Assembly (NCBI GenBank): GCA_030264375.1
Contig: JASCQW010000098.1
Span: 34,596,301 to 34,660,300 of the forward strand
Direction of reading: 5' to 3'
From: Carcharhinus longimanus
Taxonomy: Eukaryota
DNA length: 64,000 nt
The translations under genes and the position numbers were made by a program. Shown one piece after another: positions 38,196 to 52,059 of this stretch. The notes beneath the pieces were generated by a model that was not told the DNA's origin, made no database searches, and saw only the letters and a program-made list of their open reading frames with translations. How positions within the stretch are numbered: the stretch's first letter is position 1; every line of letters starts with the position of its first letter.

Positions 38196-38926
38196 TAAGC
38201 AGAATTTAATTCCCCTCCCTGTGGCTTGTTTGTTGGTGAGCTAGCATTAAATCAGTCAGGAGGTTGGTGTTCCTGCCCTGCTACCCATTGAGGCTTTTAA
38301 ATGGGCACTGGTTGGCTGCTTAAGGATATAATTTCACTGCCGCTGGTACTCAGCCTACAGCAAGTGAGCAACTAGCCATGAGGGAAATATGCCAAGCAAA
38401 TGGTGCCGGATCCTTGCAGGCTCCGGAGGTGGAGTATGTCATTCAAAGGCACTGTGTCTGATTGAGAGACCTGGCATCAGGAAGTTGGGGAGGGAAAGAT
38501 TTTTTAAGAGCCAATCCCCTAGTCTTGACCCTTCCCACCACTTTTCCTCCAACCCCCATCTCATGACACCCCTCTTGCCATCAGTACCACTGCCTGGGAC
38601 CCAGCAACAATTCCATTTATAAACTGGCAGAAACCAGTACCTCTGATTGACTGACAGCTGTCATTGGATAGGACTTCCATCCTGAGTTCCTTTATGCCAG
38701 GAAAAATCCACAACTGCCTAGTTAAGTGTCTGAGTGGCACTAAATTCAATGGGCCTCTGGTTTTCCAATGGTCAGACAAGATCCCTCCATTAAATCCAAC
38801 TCTATGGGTTGAATTTTCCCGTTCTGACAGCGAGAGGAATAGTAGCAGGCAAGGTGCGGACCATGGAAAGGTCCATTGACCTCAGGTGGGATTTTCCGGA
38901 GCGAATGTGGCTGAAAAATCCTGCCC
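38196..38926. mobile_element. Two adjacent Harbinger-like MITEs (about 38196-38802 and 38806-38926)
   Basis: Second has TIRs gggttgaatttt / aaaatcctgccc; first has degenerate agcagaatttaat / attaaatccaact ends. Confidence 0.6.
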
Positions 38927-41900
38927 TACATATTCTCACTTCAGATCCATGTTTTACCTAGTCTGTTTACTGCCTGAGATTGCTTCCTGTAAATGTGAAT
39001 GATTCCAATTAGCAGTTATAGCAATTTCCATCAAACTGCAAACACTTTATGATTAAGTAAACTGATTCTTACCTTTCTCACAGAAACACACTCACATAAG
39101 CAGGTATCTTAGCAACAGTTGCATGGGTTTATGCCAAGTCAGCTCGATGTGCAGACATTTAAAAATGGTGGATGTGTCCTGATTCCAGTACTCCTGCCCC
39201 CTCACTTCCATTTCCATCAAATAAAACTTGCCAGTGGTGTATATTGCCAGCATGTAGCCTAGCCAGCAATACCACATCCTGTAAATAAATATTTTAAAAA
39301 ACTTACAGCATCCAAACAGTGCCAGCTTCATTGTGGGGTGAGTTGTGCAACACCCTACACACACCTTCTAAATTCCGGTTAAGTGACATCCTTTCTGTGA
39401 GCAGAAGTAATTCACAGATTCTCAGAGGAGTCATAAACAATGTGGTAGTGGTGAGGGTGGGGGGCGGGGTGCGTAGGGAAGTGGGGCTAAGCCTCAAGTC
39501 ATCAACCAAAAGAAAAACAACCATTCAGAAAGCTATTACAAAAATAATTGAACAAAACGTTCCCTCCCCTTTACAACTGCACAAATTTTGCTTGCTGAAA
39601 TCCAACTGGATGAGCCACTTTTGGAGCTGAGCAAGGTAGTCATAATTAGGTCATCTGTTCAGTCTGATTTTGTTGATATCGTTGCCTGATGGCCTCATCA
39701 TGAATGTCTTGCTGAACACCTGGGATGGATGGAGAGATAAAAGTTGGTAAAAGTTGGGATCTACCATTCATCATCACAACTAGACTGATGTCCCAGTGAC
39801 AGTGTTTCAGCCTGCCAAGCTAACCGCCTTCGTTTCTACCTTAGGACTGCCTCTGGAAATGATGAGCCTGACTCCATCACATCTCCACTCACCAGGGTTT
39901 ACAAAGTTGGGAACTTTCATGTCTCCTGCTTCCTGTCTACTTTGCAAAAATCCAGCCTAATATTGTTTAATAAAATTTTACAACACCCTTTCAAAAGGCC
40001 AATTAGTAGATTCATAAAGGTGTCTGGCTGCTGCTGCTTGTTTTTTTTTTAACCAGGCATAGGTGGGTCTATGCCACATAACAAGGTTTACCTGGTGGCT
40101 TGGCTACAGGCTTAGAGTACCCCTACCAACCCCACCCAACTCTAGCAAGAGCTTCCCCTTGTATTCAACTCCATCCTGTGCCTGACTGGCCCCAGTGAGC
40201 CTGTTGGGGATGATTGAGGAGTGGGTCAGGGTATAATGGAGGGATCAGTCTCTTCAGAATGTTGAAAGGGCAGGGAAGTGGGAGATGAGGTGGTATTATG
40301 CCAGAAGTGGTGGAAATGGCAGAAAATGATCAGTTGAATATAAAGTTTTTTGACCTGAAGGGTGACTATTTCAAGCATTTTCTGTTTTTATTTTGGATTT
40401 CCAGCATTCACTGTATTCTACGATCCAATCAGAAATTTCAATTTAGTTTCCTCTGGAAATATATTGGTGTAATGAGTATAATATGCCTCAGCCTATAATG
40501 TGATGTGACGAATATTGGTACTTGTGATCTTGGTCGTAGCTTTTACATGACTTTGCGACTAATGTATTATTCTGTGTGACTCACCAGTTGTATATTTATC
40601 ACATTAGACTGCTGCTCATCATGTTCTTTTCTGTACCAATTCAAACAATACCAACAGACCATTAATTCCATCATCTTCACTGCCCTTATTGTTCTCCCAG
40701 TTGCCAGTAAACTCCTTGACAGATTTCAACAAAGCAGCAGGATCAGATGTATAATTTGCATGTTTACCAGTCAATTCATGTTTAATGTTTCTCTGAATAC
40801 GGCGATCTTTCCCAAACGTTAACATTCAAGTTGATGCCAATGAAAGTCAGGCAGCTTTAGTTTCATTATTAGAAGCAGTTATCAGAACAGATCTCTATAA
40901 TTTACTGTCTATCATTTTGATAGAACTGAGAACTGATATCAGTTAAAATCTTGGCACATCACTGATACATTTTAAGTTGCTTTGTGTTGATATTACCAAC
41001 AAACTGTAATTTCCTTTCTTTATTAACTTCTTGAAACTTCCTTGATCATTTTCATGTCAGGCTGTTAATATTGGAAGTATTTTTCAGCCAAAAGAATGAT
41101 CCAAATATTGGTTGAAACAAGAGATTGGTTGATGTGAGTTCAGTGAGGGCAAAACACTATCCAACTGCTTGCAAATGAGTTGTGTGTATTGACCTGTAAG
41201 AAGGAGATGCAGACAAAAGTCTGACCTTGGTTCAGTGAAAATGATAAAGATTAGATGTTCTTGATATTTGCTATTGATTTAAATGTAAATATCTATTGCT
41301 TGCAGTAAGCATGAACTTTCAAAACAGAAACTTGAGAATGACTAACAGCAGCCACTTCAGTGAATAATTAATCTGGGGGGAAAAAAGAACATAGAGATAT
41401 GGGGCAACTACTGTAGCTGAGTTCCAGGAAAAGATTTAATCAATGAGGAGAAACAATGCACTTAACCATAGAGGAAATTGTCAGCTGCTCCCAAAGGACA
41501 TTATACTCACAGAGATTGGATCATACTCTGATCAAGGAATTAATCCACTTGCTTAACACACTTCATGTATCTAATGAGGTTGACGGGAAGCTCCATGTTA
41601 CATCAGTCCATCAGTTTAATGAAGCCCTTACCAGTGAGCTGCAGGCACCAGTACAATACAGAGGCTACTTGTTGATCACTTGTGGACGATGGAATTGGCT
41701 GGTTAATGTATTAGCCAAGGTCTCAGCAGAACACTGGACGAGAGAGGCAGTAATAAGACGAATGGCCAATGGCTGGCAATGTACTGAAATTTAATGTGAA
41801 GTTGGAAGCAACAGAGGTTATTGCAAGAAGATAGGAAAAAAAAAACCTATATCTTACCTTCTGGATGGCACCTTCCAGTGGTTCCCCATACTTCCAGTGG

Positions 41901-42570
41901 TTCCCTAACATCCACTAACTTCGTTGTTAAATGTCTGAAGAAATTGATGGAAGTATGGTACAATAATCAAAGTTTTCAAAGGATGCCTTTGCAGTCGTGA
42001 TCCAAAATGGATGCAAATTGCAACCAAAATGCTGCTAGTTTTGAAAAGTATTTTATTTTTCTAGTTTCTGCCCAAACACATTTTTTTACCACCCAACACA
42101 AGTCTAACCTGAGTCATGCATTTCCTAGATATGGATGAAGGGGACTTTGCAGGGTCGACTGAACAATGTTTGCCTATGTCATTTCTGGTACCTGACATGA
42201 TACCAGGTGATCTGTCCAAATTTATTAATATGCATACAGCCTTTCTGTAGCAGTTTTAGACAACTGATTGGCTTGCTTGGCTATTTCAGAGATCAGTTAA
42301 GAGTCAACCACACTGCTGTTGGTTTGGAATCACATGGAGGCCAGATTGGGTAAGGATGGCAGATTTCCTTGCACAGATCAGTTTTTACTGCAATCTAGGT
42401 GATTTGTGATCTTTATTAATAAGATTAATATTTTATTCCAAATTTAGTAACATGTGCTAGAATTTGAACTTACATTACTAGAACATTAACCTCCATGCTA
42501 TCTTTCTCCCTGAGTTTTTGACTCCTGAAAATTAGTTTTAAAAACTCTGCAGAATGATCTGTTTATATTG

Positions 42571-45120
42571 ACAGTAAGAAGTCTCACAACACCAGGTTAA
42601 AGTCCAACAATTTATTTGGTAGCACAAACTTTTGGAGTGCTGCCCCTTCATCCAGTGAGTGGAGAATTGGGTTCACAAACAGGGCATGTAATTGAGTTTG
42701 TATCTATATAAGATAATGGTTGGAATGTAATCACAGGCACAAACAATGCAAACGGAGAGAGGGTTAAGCACAGGCTAAGGAGATGTGTATTGTCTCCAGC
42801 CAGGACAGTTAGTGGGATTTTGCAAGCCCAGGCAAGTTGTGGCAGTTACAGGTAGTGTGACATGAATAAAGATCCCGATTGAGGCAGTCCTCATGTGTGT
42901 GGAACTTGGATATTAGTTTCTGCTTGGCGATTCTGTGTTGTCGTGTGTCTTGAAGGCCTCCTTGGAGAATGCTTACTCAAAGATCAGAAGCTGAATGCCC
43001 TTGACTGCTGAAGTGTTCCCCGACAGGAAGGGAACGCTCCTGCCTGGTGATTGCTGAGCAGTGTCCACTCATCCATTGTCGTAAAGCCTGCATGGTCTCG
43101 CCAATGTACCATGCCTCGGGCCATCCTTTCCTACAGTGTTTCAAGTAGACAATGTTGGCCAAATCACAAGAGTATGTACTGTGTCCCTGGTTGATGGCGT
43201 TCTCATGTGGGATGATGGCATCCATGTCGAGGATCCGGCATATTTTGTAGAGCTTGCTGTGGCAGCATTGTGTGGTGTCATGGCCACTGTTCTCCTGAAG
43301 GCTGGGTAGTTTGCTGCGAACAATGATGTGTTTGAGGTTGTGCAGTTGTTTGAAGGCAATTAGTGGAGGTGTGGGGATGGCCTTGGTGAGATTTTATGTT
43401 CATCAATGACGTGTTGAGGGCTCCGAAGAAGATGTTGTTGCTTTTCTGCTCTGCGGAAATACTGGATGACAAAGGGAACTCTGTTCGCCATGTCCTGTGT
43501 TTGTCTCCTGAGGAGTTCGATGAGGTTTTATGCTGTGGTGCGTCAGAACTGTTGATCGATGAGTCGAGCGCCATATCCTGTTCTTATGAGGGCATCTTTC
43601 AGCATCTGTAGGTGTCTATTGCATTCCTCCTTATCTGAGCTGATCCTGTGTATATAGAGGGTTTGTCTATAGGGAATATCTTCTTTAACGTGTTTAGGGT
43701 GGAAACTGGAGAAATGGACCATCATGACATTATCTGTGGGCTTGCGGTACAGTGAAGTACTGAGGCGACTGTCCTTGATGAAGATATGTTATCCAAGAAT
43801 GCAACCGATTCTGGAGAGTAGTCCATGGTGAATCTACTAATGGGAAGGAACTTGTTGATGTCGTCATGTTGTATTTTCAGTGATTGTTCGGTGTGAGTCC
43901 AAAGGAAGAAAATTTCATTGATATATCTAGTGTATAAGAACATAAGAACATAAGAAATAGGAGCAGGAGTAGGCCATCTGGCCCTTCGAGCCTGCCCCGC
44001 CATTCANNNNNNNNNNNNNNNNNNNNNNNNNNNNNNNNNNNNNNNNNNNNNNNNNNNNNNNNNNNNNNNNNNNNNNNNNNNNNNNNNNNNNNNNNNNNNN
44101 NNNNNNTTCACCACCCTTTGAGTGAAGAAGTTCCTCCTCAACTCCGTTCTAAACCGCCCCCCCTTTATCTTGAGGCTGTGCCGGTTGAAGATCCTTTGCG
44201 TTGAAGATGTCTTGCTCGAACCTGTGAATGAAGATGCTGGCATATTGAGGTGCGAATTTGGTCCCCATAGCTGTTCCGTGTATCTGGATGAAGAACTGGT
44301 TTTTGAAGGTAAAGACGTTGTGGTCCAGGATGAAGCGGATGAGTTATAGAATTGTGTCTGGAGATTGGCAGTTGTCGGCATTAAGCACTGAGGCAGTTGC
44401 AGCAATGCCATCATTGTGGAGGATGCTGGTGTAGGGTGCCGAAACATCCATTGTGACGAGGAGTGTTCCTAGTTCAACTGGTCCATGGGTGCTGAGTTTC
44501 TGTAGTGTCGCTACAGAAGCTGGGAGTTCTTTGTATCATGGGTTTTAGGATGCCCTCAACATAGCCGGATAAGTTCTCATACAGGGTCCCATTGCCCTGA
44601 TAATGATGAGACGGCTGGGTTTGTTGGCCTTGTGTATCTTTGGGAGGCAGTAGAGATCTCCAATGCAGGGAGCCAAGTTCCGCACACATGAGGATGGCCT
44701 CAACCAGGATCTTGGGTTCATGTCACACTACCTGTATCCCCACGACTTGCCAGGGCTTGCAAAATCTTACTAATTGTCCAGGCTTGACACAACATGTGCT
44801 TTAACCTGTGCTTAACCGTCTCTCCACTTGCATTGTCTGTGCTTGTAAAGACTTGATTACCTGTTAAGATTTGCATTCCAAACATTATCTCGTAAACTGA
44901 GTCTGTGTGTGTATATTGTATATATATTTGTATGTTATATATACATATATGTATATTATATATAATATGCCCTGTTTGTGAACCCAATTCTCCACTCACT
45001 TGATGAAGGGGCAGCCCTCTAAAAGCTTGTGCCAACAAATAAACCTGTTGGACTTTAACCTGGTGTTGTGAGACTTCTTACTGTGCTGACCTCAGTCCAA
45101 TGCTGGCAACTCCACATCAT
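42571..45120 (-). mobile_element. Penelope-like retroelement, 5'-truncated, with inverted pLTRs and a 10-bp TSD
   Basis: GIY-YIG (NIVYLKHCRKGWPEAWYIGET...PVGEHF); RT/thumb (HFSSFHPKHVKEDIPY); 42571-42909 inverted at 44674-45085; TSD gtttatattg / gtttataatg. Confidence 0.93.
43936..44182 (-). mobile_element. CR1 3' fragment inserted in the Penelope RT
   Basis: HSLKIKGGRFRTELRRNFFTQRVV; tail ttcttatgttcttatgttctt. Confidence 0.9.
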
Positions 45121-45551
45121 GTTTATAATGAAGAGACACAGTAGCTTTTTCCTTAATGAATTGGAAAGAAATATGACATTCAAAAAGCATTTAAAATGTT
45201 CCTGCAAGTATCTCTGTGCTTAACCTTTTGGAGTCTAAAAATAATATTAAGAATTTTACCATGATTGATTTCACAGGTGAACTTTGCAGATTTGTTGGTG
45301 GGACCAATATCTAGCTTGTCTTTAAACTAGTGCACAATGTCAAAAATCTTGATTTGCATTGAATATTATTTACATTTAAAATACCATGTTATTGTACATT
45401 GATTACACAGATTCCAGGTGAATGACACTGGCAAAACCAATGTACAAGAGTAGAAACTACAAACCAATATGCTGTTATACAGTCCCTGCTTATATGTGGT
45501 AGATTTGAAGCAGAATATGTTCAAGAATTGCCAGTCAATTAAAAACAACAT

Positions 45552-46210
45552 GGGTATATTTTCCTGAGATCACTGGGGCCCTGGTGTCAGGCTCGATTCC
45601 AGATTGGAAACCCAAAAGTGGATGTCACAGGATATCACTAGTTTTCTTCCTGGAGTTAACTAATTAAGAAACCACCTCCAGGAATTTTATTCAATGAAAG
45701 AAAGTGGCGGACCAATGAAATGGAAGGCCCAATTAGATGGCCCTCTATGTTGTCTGGTTGAAAAGGTTGACCCTGCTGAGGCAAGTAGGAGGCTGAGAGG
45801 ATGTCTCAGAAGAAGATCCTCTCTGTAGGATTTAGTTAAAACTCCCTCATGGGCACACCTAATAGGCTGTCATTGTGGAGGAGGCCATCTCATCAGGTAT
45901 GGAGAACAGGTTTCAATATCATCCGCATGGCCTTCTGCAAGAGGTTCAATTCTGGGCTCCAACCACAAGGCAGTTCTGGCCACTGTTGGGAAAGTCCTGG
46001 CAATGCTGATATCTCATCCACAATTTATCCAGTAATGGGCCTAAATGGTTACCTGCCACTGCCAGAGGCTGCCTTTGCCATGTTCACGTATCTCTGGTAA
46101 GCTAACAGAGGAAAAAATGTACCAGGTTGCCAAACCAATATACTATTTTCTGATTTTGATCCCATTCCCAACTCTTAGCCAACCTTCCCAACACTAGGAA
46201 AATTCAGCCC
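45552..46210. mobile_element. Harbinger-like MITE
   Basis: Ends gggtatattttcct / aggaaaattcagccc. Confidence 0.55.
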
Positions 46211-46759
46211 AATATTTCTGTTCTCTATCACATGTTTATGGAGGGAAATAATCCATTCTCTTTTCAACTACCTGGGATGAAAGGTTAAGAAATTTCTCTT
46301 CAGATTTGAGGTGTGGGTTTAAATTACACCCACACTGATGGAATAGAAACTCCATTTTCCTAATAGCTGTAAAGCAAAACTATTTTAGACAACCTAGGCT
46401 AGTGAATGGGCTGCATGATTGGCTTTCCTTCATCTCAGTGGGTCACGTGATTGAAATTGAGTTTGTTGACTAACCATGATTCCATGAATAAGATTGATTA
46501 CATGCTGAATATTTCATAACAAGTTATAGAAAATGTTTAATCATTCATATATGAATAGAATCACCATTGATTTCAAATGGTAACAATAAAAGAAATATTT
46601 ATACTTTAGTGCAGCTCTCACAGTCAATATTGTGTGCAATCAGCATGCAGCTCACTTCACTTGCCTTTGCTTTCCGTGTTTATCACTTCAGTCATACTGG
46701 TAGGAAAAAATTACGCGAATGGAAATTAGTGCACTGTGGCAACACTGCGAGTGAGCAGT

Positions 46760-46841
46760 GGTCACCAAAATGTCTTGTGGGCCACACTCAGACCCCCGTG
46801 TGGGCGGCCGGTGGCTCCCAGCCGTAGGTTGCCCACCTCTG
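46760..46841. mobile_element. hAT-like transposon end
   Basis: ggtggctcccagccgtaggttgcccacctctg is the reverse complement of a CAGRGGTGGGCAAC-type hAT terminus; partner end not found. Confidence 0.5.
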
Positions 46842-48355
46842 CTTTAGGGTGATTTAATCCAATTGTTTAATTCTACAGATTAACTGTGCCTGTGATTAAT
46901 TAGCTTTAATTTGCAAGCATTACTTTTATACTATAACTGGAGTGAGAGGCATGCTTATTTCACACTCCAACACTGCAGTTATTTAAGTAGGGTTTAAATC
47001 AATGGAAGGACAAGACAGTTCTTTTATTGGCATACATTTCATCCAGCCATATACATATCATGGCTACAAGAGTAGGTTAGAGACCAGGAATCCTGCGGAG
47101 AGTAACTCAGCTCCTGATTGCCCTGCACCCAGATAATTGCACAGAGTAGCTTGTTGAGCCTTGGCCCACAAGCAGTGCCTTCCGCTGGCTAGTTACCTGC
47201 TTCCGTTCCCCACCCTCCCAACCTTGTCCTGCCTCTGACAAAACTGGAAGTAGACAGGTCCCAAACATTTTCTTCTTTTTTTAATCAATTGTAAATTTCA
47301 CCTAACCCAACATTTTGAAAGTTAACATTATTCCCCCAGATGTTATTATATGATGAAGTTTTTCAGACAATCAGGATACCAACAGAATGTCCATGATTTT
47401 GCAAATATCAAAATAAAATGAGAAAAGCAACAGGAGACATAGCTGTAATGAGTTTCAAAAACTTTAGTAACCAGTAGCACAAAAAAGAATAGGCAGGAGA
47501 TGTGCATTCTCCACTGGGATTAAACATTGCATCAAAGTAACTGTTTTCAGTTCATGGAATATGTTGAGGAATTGCATTTACAAGTTAATCAGATACATCA
47601 GTCGCTAACATGTGCAACTATTTTATGTCTTTGTTACTTTGTAAAATATCAGACTAGGTTTATTGTTTCCATATCTTTTTCTTCGTGCATGTTAACTCAT
47701 GTGGATGTATAAGGAGAAAGCAGAGACAAAACATCAAGGATCCACAGAATGAAAAAAAATGTCCTCCACAGGCAAAGTCGGATCATGAACTGCAAACATG
47801 TCTGCTATTCATGAACTTGCCTACACAAGAAATGCAAGGAACCTGTCTCTGCAGAATCAAGTTTTAATGTAGATTTTTGATTGGCATAGGGATTGTTTTT
47901 ATTGTTTTGACAATTTGAAACAATCAATATTTCTTAATGAATTTGAGATGGGAATGAGGGACTGACTTTGTTTTATTAACTATTTTAAGCACGTCCAAAA
48001 TTCAGATATTTCAAAAGCGAATCCAGATAACAACAGATGCTGCTGTGCAGAGCAAACTGGAATACGTATCAGCAGTGTCAAGCAGTCTCACCTCTGAGTC
48101 AGAATGTATTGTTTGTCCCACTTCAAAGACTTGAACACATATTCTCGGTTGACATTTCTGAGAGAGTTAGGGAGTGCTGCACCATCAAAGATTCTTTCCT
48201 TCAAATGAAATATTAAACCAAGGCACCATCTGCCTTCTAGGATGGATAAAAAAAAACTCAATGTACTATTTCAAAGAAAAGCAGGTAAGGCTTTCGTGGT
48301 ATCCTGGCACAGAATTATCCTTCCATCAACAATACAAAAACAGATTACTGGCCAC

Positions 48356-50400
48356 TAAACAACCACTCATAAGAGAAGGCTCCATGAATATCTCCGTCCT
48401 CAGTGATGGCAGTGCCCATTACATCAGTACAAAACATAAAGTTGAAGCATTTGCAAAATCTTCAGCCTGAAGTGCCAAATGGATGATGCATCTCAGCCTC
48501 CTTTGGAGCATCACAGGTGTCAGTCTTTAGCCAATTTGATATAAAGAAATACCTGAAGGCACTGGATATAGCAAATGCTTTTGGCCCTGATAAGGTGCAG
48601 GTGGTAAGGTGCAGACTTATTTTCCAGAGCTAGCTGAGTCCCTAGCCAAGCTCTCCCATTATAACTATAAAACTGGCATTTACCCTGCAATATGGAATAT
48701 TGCCCTGGTATCTTCGGTCCATAAAAAGCAGGGCAATTCCAATCCAGCCAAATACTACATCATGAGTCTACTCCCAGTCATCAATAAAATGATATAAGAT
48801 ATTGTCCACAGTGTTATCAAGAAATAAATAAAATAATCTGCTCACTGATGCTCAGATTAGGTTCCAACAAAACCATTTGGCTCCTAACCTCATTACCGCC
48901 TTGGTCCAAACATAGTGAAAAGAGCAGTATTCAAGAGGAACTCAAGAGCAGAACTCAAGAGAGTGACTGCCATAGATATCAAGGAAACACTTGACCAAGT
49001 TTGGCATCAAGGAGTCGGAACAAAGTTGCAGTCATTAGGAATGAAAGGAAAAGCTCCATTGTTTGGAACCATACCTTGCACAAGGAAGGCTGTGGTTATT
49101 GGAAGCAAATCAGCTCAGCCCCAGAACATCTCTCATGGGATTCCTCAGGCCATTGTTCTAGGTGCAACTGTCTTCAGGTGCTTCATAACAAATGACCTTC
49201 CTCCATCACAAGGTCAGGATTTATGATTGCATAGTGTTCAGTACCAGTCACAATTCCTCAGACACTGAAGCAGTCTGTGTCCATTTGCAGCAAGATCTGG
49301 ACAACATTCAGTCTTGGCCTGATTAAGTAGCAAGTAAAATTTATGCCAAACAAGTACCAGAAATGACCATCTCCAACAAGCAAGAATCTAACCCTTTCCA
49401 TATTTATATTCAATGGCTTCACCATTACTGAATCCCCCATCATCAACATCCTGGAGATTGCCATTGACCAGAAATGGAAATGGACCAGCCATATAAAAAC
49501 TGTGCCTACAAGAGTGGCACAAAGCTAGGAATCTTGTGGAGAGTAACTCAGCTCCTGATTCCTCTAAGCCTGCCCACAATCTGCAAGGTACAAGTTAGAG
49601 CTGTGATAGAATATATCTACGTGTCTTGATGAGTAAAGCTGTAACAATAGTGGGCAAGGTTTTAGAAAGAATTATTAGGGATAGGATTTATAGTTATTTG
49701 GATAGTAATGAATTGATTAGAGATAGTCAGCATGGTTTTGTAGCGGGAAGGTCATGCCTTACTAACCTTATTGAGTTCTTTGNNNNNNNNNNNNNNNNNN
49801 NNNNNNNNNNNNNNNNNNNNNNNNNNNNNNNNNNNNNNNNNNNNNNNNNNNNNNNNNNNNNNNNNNNNNNNNNNNNNNNNNNNNNAAAAAACAAGACTGG
49901 CCGGCGCAACATTGTGGGCCGAAGGGCCTGTTCCGCGCTGTATGTTCTATGTTCTATGTTATGTTAATACTTAAGATGCTCTATGCCATCTAAACCAAAG
50001 CAGTCCACTTGATCAGCACACCATTCACCACCTTAAACATTCATTCCCTCCACCACCGATACATAGGCTGCAGCGTATACTATATACAAGTTGTACTGCA
50101 GCATTTCACCACGACTCCAACAACAATACCTTCCAAACTCACAATCTAAACTACCTGCAAGGACAAGGCCAGCGATCCAGGGGAATACCACCATTTGCAG
50201 TTTGCTCTCCAAACCACACACCATTCTAACTTGGAACTATTCACTGTCACGTGGTTAAAACATTTAAAATTCTCAATAATGTTGTAGTGTATCAATATCA
50301 GATGGAGCAGTTCAATATTTTAGCTCACCATGACCTTCTCAAGGACATTTAAGGTTAGGCAACAAATGTTGATGTTGCCAGTGATGTTTATATCACCAAT
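48356..50400 (+). mobile_element. Old non-LTR LINE (CR1/L2 group) with decayed RT
   Basis: GIYPAIWNIALV..VHKK..NPAKY, IDIKETLDQVWHQG, GIPQAIVLG..F..FITNDLP. Confidence 0.85.
49650..49965 (+). mobile_element. Young CR1 insertion, mostly hidden in a gap
   Basis: VGKVLERIIRDRI...SQHGFVAGRSCLTNLIEFF, gap, then repeated ttctatg tail. Confidence 0.9.
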
Positions 50401-52059
50401 ATGTTTAAACCCAGTGGAGAATGCACAAAAGAATTCAAAAAATTGCTGTTCATGGGAGCTTCCTGTTTGCAAATCTGCTGCTTTATTCCTGATATTATGA
50501 CAGTGATGACACTTCCAAGTACTTAATTGGCTGTAAATCACATTGTGACAGCCTGAGTTTGTGAAAGACACTATATAAATGCAGGTTTTTGTATCTTTTA
50601 ACCAGAGACTCAAATCCCTGTGTCTTGGCAGATTGTTCAGTCCCAAGGGCGAATGTTCTGCTAAACTGACAGGAATACGGACAGAAAACATTAAACGATA
50701 CTCAGTGCTTTTCAAGTACTCTCCTTCATGTCAGAAATATTGGCACAGATATTCCAAGGGCATCATTTGGCATTCTTCCCCGGAAAACTTTGTGTTTTAT
50801 TTTCAATGCTGTACATTTTGAATAATCTGTGAACACTTCGTTCTCCTGTAGGTGTTATGAATTCAGATATATCGCAGATTCCTACTTGGGTTTATTGCAG
50901 TCAGTCACTCCTCTAAACAATCCAAGTATCATACACTTAAGGAATTTAGCGTACATTTCCTAGTACTTACTTTTGCAACAATGTTTACACAAACATGTAT
51001 GAGTAATAACAAATTAGACTTGAGCTAAATGTCCATTGAACCATTGATAACCTGGGGAAGAATTTTAACCATATCATAACATTCCCAATTGTGGAACTGG
51101 AAGTGGCCACAACTCTGGTCACTGCTTTTTTGCTGTTTCCCATGTGATTCCAATTAAAATTTAAAGTGTTGTAGTGATGTGCATGTAGACGCATGCGATC
51201 ATTCAGCAAGAGAAGCTTTTCGTTCATGCAGCTGGCAGTGTATATGGGCAATATATAAAAGAGTCTCCTGGATGAACAAGAGGGTTTTTTCATGGCATCA
51301 ATTTTCCTGCCCAACTCCATTGGCATTAATATTAAATTTATTGAGGGCACAAATGGAGGCGGTGTGTTTTTCAAATTAAAATTTCACCTGCAAATATTTC
51401 ACATAGCGTCAGTTTCACTTTACTCATCTAAACATCGTCATTATTTGTTGAGATTAACTTAGTCAGAGAGCAACGTGGAAAGGAATGCTTCATGGCTGAC
51501 ACAAATTGATGATTACAAGCATGTTTGGGATATTTCTTTATTGTGGAAGAAGCAATGGCTTGAATAATACGTACCAAGTAATATATGCCATTGTGGTGGA
51601 TGGGACTCATAAGCAAAAATGGGTGCACTTCCAACTCCTGCCTTTGCCATTGCTGCATGCCATGTAACAGTGGTAATTAACCAATTGAGGGCAGGTTCAA
51701 TTTTGCAATGTCCAATGTCTGTTTGATATTTGCCCAAACAGAGGTGGAGGGCAGGATAACCAGCGTCCACAATCATTATCTGTGCCCTGGAAGGAGGTCA
51801 CAGTCATTCATTTAAAGGGGTACCTGGCACAGGCAGTGTCAGCTGACCTTATGGATGTGTGAATGTGGCAAAACAATGTATCTTTTTCAGAGAGAATATC
51901 AGGCATAATTTGAAGTGACTGTGATTTGTATTTCAAGTTTCTTAAATTCTGCTGAGATTTTGAGTTGTTTCTTGCCAGTGAACACAGACAACTTTAAATT
52001 TGATCATGTGTAAGATGAGGAGCTGTTTAGCTTTAGCATGTTTTCCTCCATAGGTGGCC

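Larger units (their letters stand above)
48085..50590 (+). mobile_element. DeuSINE (SacSINE1-like) split into 48085-48355 and 50441-50590
   Basis: cacctctgagtcagaa...agacttgaacacata...gggagtgctgcac core; tail gtgaaagacactatataaatgcag. Confidence 0.8.

Noticed and set aside
39092-39364. Minus-strand exon-like ORF
   Set aside because: The sequence resembles decayed SINE-tail and MITE fragments, and the peptide is unrecognisable.
40585-40825. Possible minus-strand exon ending at a gtgagt donor
   Set aside because: Weak acceptor and no recognisable protein.
50985-51776. Possible HARBI1-like transposase remnant
   Set aside because: Only vague similarity; no convincing DDE motifs.
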